Shown here: one piece after another, positions 25,341 to 39,092 of the stretch
Layout: each line of letters begins with the position of its first letter
How positions within the stretch are numbered: the stretch's first letter is position 1
Assembly: GCA_951406725.2 (NCBI GenBank)
Contig: OX597827.1
Span: forward strand, 70,060,001-70,124,000
Source: Octopus vulgaris
Lineage: Eukaryota
Length of the DNA: 64,000 nucleotides
Reading direction: 5' to 3'
The notes under the pieces: model-generated
Seen by the model: the letters and a program-made list of their open reading frames with translations, nothing else
What the model was told of the DNA's origin: nothing
Database searches by the model: none
Translations under genes and position numbers: made by a program

Positions 25341-26072
25341 CATTGTGTGTCTGTGTTTGTCCCCCCGATGCTGGTATGTTTATGTCCCTGTAACTTAGCA
25401 GTTCGGCAAAAGAGACCGATAGAATAAGTACTAGGCTTACAAAGAATAAATCCTGGGGTCGATTTGCTCGACTAAAGGCGGTGCTCCAGCATGGCCACAG
25501 TCAAATGACTGAAACAAGTAAAAGAGTTTTAAAAATATCCATTTTTCTGAAAATTATGAGGAAGTCAGTATGGGGCACACTTGTGACGGTAAGTCGAGGA
25601 GAGATTTAACTTTTTCGAGCATGGAGAAAAGAAGAAGAAAAAAAACTACTAATCTGAGGTGGTGGTGTCTCCCTTATCTACTTACGCCCCTGGGGATAAT
25701 AAAAGAAATCATAATTATTGAATGAGAGAGCAGCGCATGCCATCAAAATATACGAAGCCCAATAAACCCATCATGACTACCCGTCTAATAAGGGTAGACT
25801 AGGCACATGCATCACAACATTAAGTGCGCGACGTGGTGATTTCATATGAAGATAAATAGTGCATGACCTGCAGGTGGGATAGTCAACAAAATGAAAAATA
25901 AAATAGTTCAAAATAAATAATTTCTCAGTAGCTTAGCTAGGATGGAGTTAAGAGGAAAGTAAGCCCCTGGCGATACTTTCATAGGGGGCGGCGCATTTGG
26001 ATCTGCTGTATAAACCTGTAAAGTCCTGAAACACCCGTATGGGTAAGGGCAGCGCTTATCCACATTATAAGT

Positions 26073-26655
26073 CAGTGGTTTTCAACCAGAGTTCCGCCAG
26101 TACAGTCCAGGGGTTCCGCAAGAAGTTACAAAACTGCTAAAATCGGCAGTAATTTTTAATTCTCCTGTGCAGATATACTCTTTTACTTGTTTCAGTCATT
26201 CGACTGCGGCCATGCTGGAGCACCGCCTTTAGTCGAGCAACTCGACCCCCGGGACTTATTCTTTGTAAGCCCAGTACTTATTCTATCGGTATCTTTTGCC
26301 GAACCGCTAAGTGACGGGGACGTAAACACATCAGCATCAGTTGTCAAGCAATGCTAGGGGGACAAACACAGACACACAAATACACACACACATACATATA
26401 TATACATATATACGACAGGCTTCTTTCAGTTTCCGTCTACCAAATCCACTCACAAGGCATTGGACGGCCCGGGGCTATAGCAGAAGACACTTGCCCAAGA
26501 TGCCACGCAGTGGGACTGAACCCGGAACCATGTGGTTGGTTAGCAAGCTACTTACCACACGTGCATAAGACTATTAAATTATTGCACAGGGGTTCCTCGA
26601 GGCAGTGGAATGTTTCCTTGGGGTTCCACTCCAGCAAAAATGTTGAAAAGCACTG
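26073..26655. mobile_element. hAT MITE (same family as 2721-2921) with a nested SINE A
   Basis: Same TIRs, TSD TTATAAGT, and a SINE A (-) at about 26177-26558. Confidence 0.85.
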
Positions 26656-27699
26656 TTATAAGTGATCAAATGTTGATCTTAAATTTGAAGAGAAATCAAT
26701 GCGAACGACGCAAGCGGCGGATTAAAACGATTGCAGACGATAATTTTCCCCACTTCCATTTTGTAATCATATAAACCAAAAAAAAAAAACGTGATACAAC
26801 GTAGTCTAGTCTAACAATAGAAATTTAGTTCAAGGCTTGGTTGAAAATATCATTTTAATTTTTTTTTGTTTGTATGATATAACGTAAATGCATATCTTTA
26901 TTAAGCCATTCACTTTTTACACTGTTTCTTGTTTATTGACTGTTTACTCTATTCGCCTGGCTCCACGTAAACATGAGGAAGATTGCCAGGCTTAGAGCAA
27001 AGCTGTGTGTGAAGAAGACTTAGCTACGCCATCATTTTCTGTACACACATTTCTCAAATTATTTCAGAGAATTGCGTGTCTTTCGAACTAAGATGGCGTG
27101 CAAAGCAATTTTTAAATCACATTATTATATGTTTCTCCGTCATTCCAGACATCTTTTCTTTCTCCCTCAATGAAAGTAAAAAAAATGAATAAATGCTAAA
27201 ATCGTCTTATGATACTGCGTTGGAGATGTGATACTATCTTAAAAGTAGTGATAAAAATAAATTAATAACGTCAGAAAAATGTGGAAGAAAACCAATTGTA
27301 AACATACGAATTTCAAGACGACGAGCAAGGCTTCAAATGTCATCGCACGACCTGCCGGAAATAGCAGCTAAACCCCTATCAAGTCAAGCCATACTATCTT
27401 AAAAACGAACAAATTTGATACTCTAGGCACAGGCGTGACTGTGGAAAGACGTTTGCTTCCCAACCACACATGGTTCCGTGTTCAGTCCCTCTGTGTGGCA
27501 CCTTGGGCAAGTATCTTCTACTATAGCCCCAGACCAACCAAGGCCTCTTGAGTGGATTTGGTAGACAGAAACTGAAAGAAGCCTATTGTGTGCGCACACA
27601 CACACACACACGTCTCCTCGACTTACCGTCACAAATTACACACGTAGGTATGTGTGTGTGTCTCCTTGTCTTGACATTGTGTGATAGACACAAATGAAT

Positions 27700-28487
27700 G
27701 TTGATTTGATTGAACCCAGTATGCAACTGGTACTTAATTTATCAACCTCGAAAGGATGAAAGGCAAAGTTGACCTTGGCGCAATTTGAACTCAGAACATA
27801 GAGATAGACAAAATACCTATTTCTTTTACTTCCCACAAGGAGCTAAACACAGGGGACAAACAAGGACAGACAAACGGATTAAGTCGATTACATCGACCCC
27901 AGTGCAATACTGGTACTTAATTTATCGACTTCGAAAGGATGAAAAGCAAAGTCGACCTCGGTGGAATTTGAACTCAGAATGTAACGGCAGACGAAAAACC
28001 GCTAAGCATTTCACCCGGCGTGCTAACGTTTCTTATTTCTTTATTGCTCACAAGGGGCTAAACATAGAAGGGACAAGCAAGGACAGGACAGACAAACAGA
28101 TTAAGTTGATTATATCGACCCCAGTGCGCAACTGGTACTTATTTAATCGACCCTGAAAGAATGAAAAGCAAAGTTGACCTCGGCAAAATTTTTACTCAGA
28201 ACTTTGCAGTAGACGAAATACCGCTAAATATTTCGCCCGGTGTGCTAACGTTTTTTATTTCTTTACTACTCACAAGGGACTAAACATACAGGGGACAAAC
28301 AAGGACAGACAAAGGGATTAAGTCGATTACATCGACCCCAGTGCATAACTGGTACTTAATTTATCAACCCCGAAAGGATGGAAGGCAAAGTTGACCTCGG
28401 CAGAATTTGAACTCGGAACGTAGCAGCAGACGAAATACCACTAAACATTTCACCCGGTGTGCTAATGTTTCTGCCAGCTTGCCGCTT
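27700..28487 (-). repeat. Head-to-tail array of SINE family B (~3.5 units of ~220 bp)
   Basis: Units start at about 27817, 28031 and 28254, plus a partial upstream unit. Confidence 0.8.
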
Positions 28488-29981
28488 TACACACACACAC
28501 ACACACATACACACAGTAATATTATGTGAATATCAATCTTGGTACAGAAGTACTGGCAGAATGATATTCCCCGCAGTGCATGCAAACAATTAGACCCAGC
28601 TGAATATATTAATCTGCTCTTGAGCTACTCAGACATGTACATTTTATTAAATATACATGAATTGACACCTGTCCTTCAACTGTTACTTAGGGGTCCTGAT
28701 GCGTGGCGATGCATCAGCATGGCCACAGCTCTCAGCTGAAACTACAGAAAAAAAAAAATATATATATATATATATATAGGCGCAGGAGTGGCTGTGTGGT
28801 AAGTAGCTTGCTTACCAACCACAAGGTTCCGGGTTCAGTCCCACTGCATAGCACCTTAGGCAAGTATCTTCTACTATAGCCTCGGGCTAACCAAAGCCTT
28901 GACAGTGGATTTGGTAGACAGAAACTGAAAGAAGCCCGTCGTATATATGTGTATGTGTATTTGTTCCCCTAACATCGCTTGACAACCAATGCTGGCTTGT
29001 TTACATCCCCATAACTAAGCGGTTCAGCAAAAGAGACTGATAGAATAAGCACTAGGCTTACAAAGAATGAGTCCTGGGTCGATTTGCTCGACTAAAGGTG
29101 GTGCTCCAGCATGGCCGCAGTCAAATGACTGAAACAAGTAAAAGAGTAAATAGTATATATATATATATATATATACATTCTTTTATTCAGTTGTTTTGGT
29201 CATTTGACAGCAGCCATGCTGGAGCACCACCTTTAGTCAAACAAATAAACCCCAAGACTTATTCTTTGTAAGCCTAGTACTTATTCTATTGGTCTCTTTT
29301 GCTGAACTGCCAAGTTACAGGGACATAAGCACACCAACATCGGTTGTCAAGCAATGTTGATGGTGGGGGGACAAACACAAACATATATACGATGGGCTTC
29401 TTTCAGTTTCCCTGCTGTACACCAGATGTCATCTCATTGGGTGAAGAATGCCACCCCAGAACTGTGACAACTTTTTTTGTCCAAAACTGAAGGGATTCAA
29501 CCAGTTATTTATAATATGTGTGTATATATGCATATATAAACAATTATGGGCAGAGAGCCAGTGGTTTGTGACAAGTCACATGTATGCTGAGGCTTGCTAA
29601 AGGATTTTACATTTGAATATAACTGAGGTACTTATGTGTACTCATGACTTTTGCTTCTGCTTTTTCCATGGGTGATTACATTTATTTCTTATATTCTCTA
29701 CGGAAGAGAGGAAAATCCATGGGATTAATCCCGAAATTGATTCAATATAGAGATTAAATTTTTTTTTTTTTTTATTCTGTTAGCTTGCCTTCCTCGATTT
29801 CAGCACGACATGTATTCATGGTGAATTTATATTGTAATGTGGTTGTTGACGATTTGAAGTCTATTCTCAGCATATTGGCATAGAAATTTTTTTTCTTTTG
29901 CTCATGTTTATAATTTTCACCTTTAAAGGTATTTTAATATGCTGGCCACTTTCATGAAAATTTTTTTATCCCATATTAAAA

Positions 29982-30004
<23 letters not shown>

Positions 30005-30012
<8 letters not shown>

Positions 30013-30722
30013 TATATATAAAACAAAGAAATAAGTGATATAGATATATCCTCTTTATACAACTCAACCAAGTAGCACTGATAGAGTTTCAGGAAAATAA
30101 ATTTAAGGAGAGGAGAAAATAAATTCAAATGCCGTAAGATTTCATACATATTCCAGACTCCTTATGAATCATATTATTCACTTTATCACCCTCTTCATTT
30201 GGACTTTGCAAGAACATTTATGGACTTACACTTCATATATATTTATGAATTTTTATGTGTTTATAGATTTTTATTTATATATGAATTTTTATATATTTAT
30301 AAATTCTTATAAATTTTTATATATCATATAGATGAATGCATCTATGTATACACCTGATATACTATGAGAATTTCGTTAATATGGATTGAATGAATACATA
30401 CATAGGCCTTTGAATTTTTTTCCTCTCTTTAATTTTATATATATGTTATGTCCTGTTATTATTTTTATTGTATTTGTGCAACATTGTTCGTTTTTTTTCC
30501 GTCCTTGTTTTTGTATACATTCGCTGCTTTCTTCAAAGGAATCTAATGCTCTTAGCTTAGATTTTCCTTGGGGCTGGCCAGATTGGAGCAATCTCGAGTT
30601 ATAATCAGCCAAAATTTCAAAGATAATCTGGTACTCAACTAAGGAAAAGAAAACTTCGAATGACCCGTCCTTGTTTTCTTTGTATTGTCTATCTGGATGT
30701 TTTGTGTTCTTGTCCCATTTTG

Positions 30723-30760
<38 letters not shown>
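30005..30760. mobile_element. Unclassified (possibly Penelope pLTR-like) fragments between (TA)n tracts
   Basis: Bounded by (TA)n. The minus strand has an HHR-3'-half-like GAAACUCUAUCAGUG at about 30077-30091. Confidence 0.25.
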
Positions 30761-30770
<10 letters not shown>

Positions 30771-31539
30771 TGATAGAAATGGCAAGACAACAAAAGAATG
30801 AAAGAGACCTTGATATTATGTAAAAAGAGGAATTTATCTGTATATATACAGATTATATATATGAAATGAAACATACACAAAGTCTTTAAAAAAATGTATT
30901 AAATAGATTTAGAGAAAAATACAAATGAAATAATTGAAAAAGAAATTCAAATATATATATTTTTAATTTTATTTTCCTTAAATTTTATTATTTTACAAAA
31001 AAGTATTTATGAATATGAACAATATTTTATTTCATTTTATTTATTATTTTTCTGTGGCTTCTCCACTGCAACTTTTTTACAGGGAGAAGAGAGAGAGAAA
31101 GAGGGGGAGAAAGAGCTGGTGGAAAGAATATGGATAGGTGATGAATAAAAGTAAAAACAGTCGAAGGTGGATTGTTAAGGGGGAAGAGAGAGAGAAAGAA
31201 AGAGAGAGAGAGTACAACATCAACAAAGAAAATAAAAAAAAAATAAATGGAGTCGGGGATGGGGCGGGCAATATGGTGTGTGAATGGATGGATGGAGAAT
31301 TAGCTTGTGTGCGTCCCAAGAGAGGAAGAGAGAAATAGCGGAGAAATGTATGTACACACAGAACAAGGGTAGGGTTAGGGTAGATTACCACTCACAGCAC
31401 AGTGATATGAGAGAGGTTGGCAGACAAACAGCCGGAGTGCTATTGGACAGCTCAAATAGACAGATTAAGCTATATGTATGTGTGTGCACATGTGTAGTTA
31501 TAAGAGAGAGATTTGAAGGAGAGGATTCGCTCCGTGGCA

Positions 31540-31997
31540 AGTAAAGAAACACCGTTTCGACCCTGTGCTTGGGGAGACTTATTGAGTCAAGTACATCAAC
31601 ATCAAAAATCAATGGAAATTGTAGTTGTGATCCCTGTGCCGGTGGCACGTAAAAAGCACCAACTGATCATGGCCATTGCCAGCCTTGCCCGGCACCTGTG
31701 CCGGTGGCACGTAAAACGCACCAACCGATCGTGGCCATTGCCAGCCTTGCCCGGCACCTGTGCCAGTGGCACGTAAAAAGCACCAACCGATCGTGGCCGT
31801 TGCCAGCCTTGCCTGACACGTAAAAAGCACCCACTACACTCACGGAGTGGTTGGTGTTAGGAAGGGCATCCAGCTGTAGAAACACTGCCAGATCAGACTG
31901 GAGACTGGTGCAGCCTTCTGGCTTCCCAGATCCCGGTCGAACCGTCCAACCCATGCTAGCATGGAAAACGGACGTTAAACGATGGTGGTGATGATGA
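31540..31997 (+). mobile_element. SINE family E (tail GGACGTTAAAC-(GAT)n) with tandem internal hairpin units
   Basis: Conserved GGAAGGGCATCCAGCTGTAGAAAC. Copies at 40017-40266, 44244-44670(-) and 46315-46760. Confidence 0.8.
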
Positions 31998-32240
31998 TTT
32001 CTCTGGTGTTCCCCAGTTTTCCTTCTTCACAAGAGCCAAAACAAAACTGAGTAACAACAGAAAACACTCATAAAATAATAAAAAAAGATTCTGTAAATTC
32101 AAACACACGCACGCACGCACACACAAAATAACACTGCGACTGAATAACACAGCCAATTTGAAAAACAAACACACAGGCACTGTTACCTTTGAAATGGGTT
32201 CGATTACTTTAAAGGTATTGTCAGAAAGATCAGCTAAGGA

Positions 32241-32680
32241 TTAACTGTTAGCATTCAAATTACTCTGCCAAATGTAAAGCTTATTTATTCATATTTGAAT
32301 TGATTATGTATTGTCTAATAGCTTAGAGATTTTGATGATGTTATTGGTCTATTTTTAGAATGGCATTGTAGGCAGATGCGATAGGTTAGATCAGGCCAGT
32401 TAAAACGTAAAAAGAGGAGGTATATTTTGGCCAGATATGGCTGGGTTAAATGTGAAAGGGTTAACCTTTTCGTTACCAACCCGGCTGAAACCGGCTCTGG
32501 TTCTGAGTACAAATGTCTTGTTTCCATAAGTTTTAAATTAAAATCTTCCACCAAACCTTAGTCACAATTTATGTTCCTAACACTAGGTGAATGATAACCA
32601 AGTTATTTTACTAAATTCTGTGTTATATTTAAAATTAATTGAAAGAAACACAGAGCATCTCAAAATATATACAGTAACGA
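32241..32680. mobile_element. Two adjacent piggyBac-like (TTAA-CC) MITE fragments
   Basis: TTAAC ... GGGTTAA ends. Related sequence at 34790-35021, 38300-38625, 49960-50128(-) and 63784-64000. Confidence 0.55.
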
Positions 32681-35600
32681 CATGACATGAGCTCTATGAC
32701 TTGTAAGGATAGAGACCCCTAGTTTCCAGAGCAAATGGAAGAAATCATAACACACCTGTGAATGGGATGTTGGTCCTTTATTGGGTCAACTGCCCAGGTG
32801 TTGCTAGGACTCGTATTACAGTGGAGTAAGCTGGAGCAGCATGAAATGAAATACTTTGCTCAAGAACACAGACATCAGATTGACACCATGAGCTTACAAC
32901 CAGGAGTGCAACACCATAACTGCCAGGCCACATGCTTTCACAGAAGATTGAAAATATAATGAAAAAAGAAAGCAAGAGGGTCTATAGTGATATATATATA
33001 GATGTGTGTATGTGTGTTTTAAAAAGGCTATTATCTCTTTAATGATACAAGATCTCAGATCAAGTATATGCCTACATGTGTATTCGTGTGCATAAATAGC
33101 TTTGTGATACCCAGGGGCAAGTGTCTTCTACTATAATCCCAGAGCTGACCATTGCCCTAATAACTGCTTCTAATTTAGTAGGCACAAGGCCAACAATTAA
33201 GTTGACCCTGGAATTTGATTTCATTAATTCTGAAAGGACGAAAGGCAAAATTGGTCATGGCAGAATCTGAAATCAATACAAAGAACTGAATGAAATATAA
33301 CAAGACATTCTGTCTGATGCTCCAATGGTTCGGTCAATCCACCAACCTGACAATAATGCTTTCTGTTATAGACACAAGGCCTGAAATTTGGGGGTCAGTA
33401 ACATCAACTCCGTTGCTTAACTGGCACTCATTTCATCAACTCTGTCCAGATGAAAGGAAAAGTTGACCTCAAGAGAACTTGAACCCAGAATGTAAATCAG
33501 ACGAAATGCTACTTAAGCAGTTTGTCCATCATGCTAACAATTCTGACAGCTCACTACCTTAATAATAATAATAATAAATAACAATAATGATTTCAAATTT
33601 TGGCACAGGACCATCAATTTTAGTGAGAGATGCAAGTAGATTACATCGACCCCCAATATTCATCCGGAACTTATTTTATCAACTCCCAAAAGGACAAAAG
33701 GCAAAGTCAGACTTGTTGGAATTTCAACTCCACACATGAATTATCTGGAAGAAATGCTAACCATTTTGTCTGGTGTTCTAATGGTTCAGACAAGTTTACC
33801 ACCTTAATAATAATAATAATAATAATAATAAGGCACAAAGCCAAACACTGTGGTGGAAAGATATTGACTGATACATATAATTTTCGTTACTTTAAGAGCA
33901 GGACCAATTTACTGAGGTTTTCTTTACTGACCCCAGAAGGAAGAGAGACAAAAGGTGTCTGCTATGAGATCTGAACTTAGAAATGTTGAGATGGAACCAA
34001 ACACTTCAAGGTACTTTAGTTCTTCTGACATAATGCTTTACACTCACTCATCACATTGTTAAAGAAATAGAAGAGAGAGAGAGGGTGGAGAGAGAGAAAG
34101 GGTGGTGGTGGAGGTGATGACACAGAAAGACCACCACACACACACCCCTATATACAAGCCTTTTATTTTTAGCCTAGTTCAAATAATTGGGAAGGAGGGG
34201 GTGGGCAGTGCGGAGAGAGTCAAATTAGCTCCAGATTGTTGCATTAGGATGAAAACCAGCTGATGCGGAAAAGTGGGAAGTGGTGGGGAACAGTTCTAAG
34301 TCTGGTAAAACAAAATTTTTTTTTAATTTAGGCACGCACATTTGGAGGCATATATATCATTTAATGTCTGTTTTCCATGCTGGTATGAGTTGGCAGGTTG
34401 ACAGGGGCTGTCCAGCTGAAGTATTGTCCAGGCTACATGTCGGTTTTGGCATGGTTTCTATGGCTAGATTACCTTCCAAATGCCACCACACACACATTGC
34501 AAGAAATTAAGAAGCAATGGAGTGAACCATCAGCTTCAAATGAATCTCTCAATGTATATATCTACATACACCCGAGCTTGTGGGATTCTAAGTTGCAATG
34601 ACGGTTAATATATCAAATACCCTTCCTTCTGTAGGCATTTACACCCACATTGTTATGTGTTCACATACATACACAAAGGAAGTTTATCTTGTGTCATGTG
34701 GACAAACGCCACCCTGATTAAAACCAGGGTGTATTAGCCACCATGTGATGTAAACGTGCATGGTTAGACACTCGGATTCACAACTGGTTTAAATGTAACC
34801 CATCAACACTCCGAGGGCTCTTTGCAATCTAATGTTTATATATTTACATCGCTTTGAACTAATCGCTGCATTATTCTTGAAGCTTCAAGATTTCAATGAT
34901 GTGACTGCTTATTTTCAGGATGACATTATTCAGTAGGTGTGAGAGGCTGGATCCGGCCAGTTTGAAGACAAAACACACAATATTTGGGGCAGATATGGCC
35001 AGTTTAAGCGCCAAAGGGTTAAAGCCAGCGCAATGACCATGTATGTACCAGGCATTTAAACCAGCAGGTGGAAGCAAGCCCACTGCCTCACACTCACCTA
35101 CTATAACTAGTCATTCTATTTTTTACCTTATTTGTATACATACATATTTAATACTCGTATGTGTGTATGTGTATATATATCACTACTCATTGCACCTGTC
35201 TCTTAGCATTGTTTCTAACTGATTAATATTAATTTCTTACACTGGCAAAAAAAAAAAAAATTTTTTTTTGAGGAGCAGGAACAGGTGACTGACAGGTGCT
35301 TTATTGTATTGATTCTCCCCACCCCCACCCTAGAAATCGATTGACTGTTACTTTGTTCTGTTGAACACCCCAGAAGGATAAAAAGGCAAAGTTGATCTCA
35401 GCTGGATTCGAGCACAGAATGTGGAAGGGATGGAACCAAAATAGCACAAGATGTTTTTACATTTGGCATCAAGGTTTTTGCAACTCCATCACTGCTTTTC
35501 TATTAGTAATAAATAATTTCAATCAGCCTGGGCATTTATTTTGTAAGCTGACCAGAGTGAAAAATCTTGCCTTAGGGGGTAGAAGAGGGGAAAAAAAAAA

Positions 35601-36820
35601 AATCAACAAAACAAAAACCAAAAGGGCCCACACATGTAAAGTTAGATATGAACTCAACAGCCACAAGTGGGGAAACCTAGTATTATTGTAATTACTAAGC
35701 CATGTTACACCTGTACATTTTTGGCCTTAATTCTAACAAGAAAAGAGGAAAGGAAATTTGTGGTGATGAGGATCTTTAACGAAGGAAATTATATATTTCA
35801 AAAAAAAAAAAAAAAAAAAAAAAAGAAAGAAAGAAAGAAAGAAAAAAGTTGAGGATGTTACATCTTTGACATTTTAAATAATAAAAATGCACCCAATTTT
35901 TTTTATATATATATATACATATATTTTGTAAAAACACACGAGAGAGATATATGCATACAGCCTACAAGTGCTTTAAGCTTGAGACCCAACGAATGTGCTG
36001 TACAGCAGCACTCACACACATACATACACACACACACACACACACAAGCACACAGCTTTCAAAATGTAAATGAAATGTGCACATTTAGACATGCAGCTGT
36101 ATTTATGACTGCACACGCAGTCATTATTATAATGTAGATATGCTTCAACATATACAAGTGGATGCACACACATACATACATACATGCATACATATACACA
36201 CACACACTTCTGACTATGTAGAAATGTAGCATGCAAATCTACAAGAATATATATATATTTTGTTTTTTTAGATAAATACAGAAAATATTTACATATATAT
36301 ACACATATATTTATATGTATATACACATACAATTAAGCTAGAATTGATCGAAGAATATGTTTGTGGATACTTTAAGACAAAGGGAAGACACGAGAAAAAG
36401 TCATCCAGCACTCGTTTCTCTCATTGTGTCCCCGCAAAGTCCCTATCAGTTAAGTATAGAAATACACACACACACATACACAGTTGTGTTAAACCCCGGG
36501 CCTGTCCTAAGTGATCAAATCTCAGATCAAAGGCATTTTACAGCTATGACTATCCTGTACATCTAGAACTACATTATCCAACGCGTCTCCGTTCCCTTTC
36601 AGGACAGGATATATATATAAGGGAGATTTAAATGCTATGCCTAACACATCAAGTGTAGTTGTGGTGACTCCCTCATCGGCATCTGTACAGGAGTTTGTTG
36701 GTTGAAATATTAGCATATAATAAACTTGAGTGTTGAAACGAAACCTCTAAGAATCGGTATTTAAAAAAAAAAAAAAAAAAAAAAAAACTGCAGCTATGAG
36801 TCACTATCCATGAGAAATGT

Positions 36821-36826
36821 TTTATT
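36821..36826 (-). promoter_or_regulatory. Candidate polyadenylation signal of the SMOX-like gene
   Basis: AATAAA on the minus strand about 670 nt after the stop. Other candidates lie further downstream. Confidence 0.25.
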
Positions 36827-37498
36827 GTATACACATGCACACACTTATGAATATAGATACCTGCGTATTTTAATCGTACCTAATTACCTAAACGCACCTG
36901 AGAGCTAATCACGACAGATGCATACAGACATTCAATAACCTATCAATGATCTCGACCAGTTAAATTATAGGTAAGTGGAAAACAATCTCCCTTGCAGTAT
37001 AATAATTCATATACACCTAGTCACGTGTGAACTAAGTTGTAGACATGGCATCTATAGGCACACCAAAAAAAAAAAAAAATTACTGCTTCTATACTTGCAA
37101 AAAAAAAAATTATTGCAGTCATAGAGGGAAACTCATTCTATACAAACAGACAGAAGGACCCTGATCTGAGGACAGAAGGACCCTGATCTGAGGACACGTT
37201 CAGGCAGTCTGTATGTCAGAATGAACAATACACGAGGCAACATTAATCGGAGAATTTAAATTCCACTTGCTCCTCTGTTCCTCAGTTGCTTTTCGTTTCA
37301 CTGCCCTGTCCCGTCTTATTCTGTCTTGTTTTGTCTTGTCCCGTCCTTGCTCCAACCCCTTGGAGACTTCCTTTCCCTTCTTTGCTGATTGTCACCTTTT
37401 ATAAATGGAGGTCTACCCAACCCAGCTGGTGACAACAGGGAAAAAAAAATGGAAAAAAAAAAAAAAACTCAGAGAGAGAGAGAGAGAAGCAATCACTA

Positions 37499-37738
<240 letters not shown>

Positions 37739-38090
37739 TTACACACTAGAACAGTTCAAGCAAGAAGATATATAAAAGGGACAGGGATGGCTGAGTGGTT
37801 AGAAAGACTGCTTTGCAACCCATATAGTTGTGGCTTCAATCCCACTGTCTGGCACCTAGAACAAGTGCCTTCTACTATAGCCCTGGGCTGACCAATGCCT
37901 TGTGAATGAATTTGGTTGTGGAAGCCAGTAGTGTGTGTGTGTCTCCCACCAACCCACTGTTTGACAGCCTGTGTTGGTTTGTTTATGTTCTGATAACAGT
38001 CTGCCAAAATAACAGGTTCAAAAACAAGTACTGTAATTGATTTATTTAATTAAACCCTTCAAGACAGTGCCCCAGCAGAGTCCAATGACA

Positions 38091-38156
<66 letters not shown>

Positions 38157-38974
38157 GACATATACATACATACATAGAGTGCAGGTGTGGCTGTGTAGTT
38201 AAGAAGCTTGCTTCCCAACCATATGGTTCCTAGTTCAGACCCACTGCGTGACACCGTGGGAAAGTGTCTTTCTACTATAGCCTTGGGTCAACCAAATCCT
38301 CGTAGCTTCAAGATTTCGATGCTGTGATTGTTTATTTTTAGAATTACATTGTGGGATAGGTGCAAGAGGCTGGATCTAGCCACTCTGAAGAACATAAAAC
38401 AGGTAGAATATTTGGGCCCGATATGGCTGGCTTAAATGCAAAAGGGTTAACTCCTTAGCATTCTAAATGAATTGTACATTATTTCATAACTTCAAGATTT
38501 CAACAAGTAGTTGTTTAATTATAGACTGACATTGTAGAGTAGGTATGAGAAGCTAGATATGGCTGGTTTGAACAGGGGTCGAATATCTGGGCCAAATACA
38601 GACAGTTTAAATGCTAAAAGGTTAAATAATAATAATAATAATAATAAAGCAATTAGATAATGTAACCTACATACTCACAAAACATTTAAGATGGTCAGGG
38701 CAATAATGCATTTTAATCAAAGGTCTGCCTGATCAGAGCTGACCCGGGTTTAAACAGCTATAATTTTTGCATAAAAAGACAAAAAAAACTATTGGAAACT
38801 AGTAACCAATTTGTGCAGGTTATGTAGTGAGCAACTTTTTGTGTTTTTAATTATTTCCATTTGTTTTTTTTTTTTGTTTTTTTTTTTGTTTTTGCTACAG
38901 TCATTCCCAAATGAACGACCTCGTTAGCTGCACTAGCTCAGGTAAATATTATGGATAGAGGTATTAAAACTCAC

Positions 38975-39092
38975 ACTGTTACTGTGCAGGCTTTGCAATG
39001 GTTCCTGTAAGGTGTAGATATCTTCGATGTGTGAATGGATATGGATGTAGCTATAGGAACCACGAGTGTATGGATTGTTGCCCCATCTTGTA
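38975..39092 (-). CDS. SMOX: SMOX/PAOX-like exon (118 bp, phase 2-0)
   Basis: TRWGNNPYTRGSYSY motif, with tttcag| acceptor and |gtgagt donor. Phase-compatible with both neighbours. Confidence 0.92.

Noticed and set aside
31367-31383. Telomere-like GGGTAGGGTTAGGG as a telomerase RNA template or G-quadruplex
   Set aside because: Only three G-runs, and no pseudoknot or H/ACA context seen.
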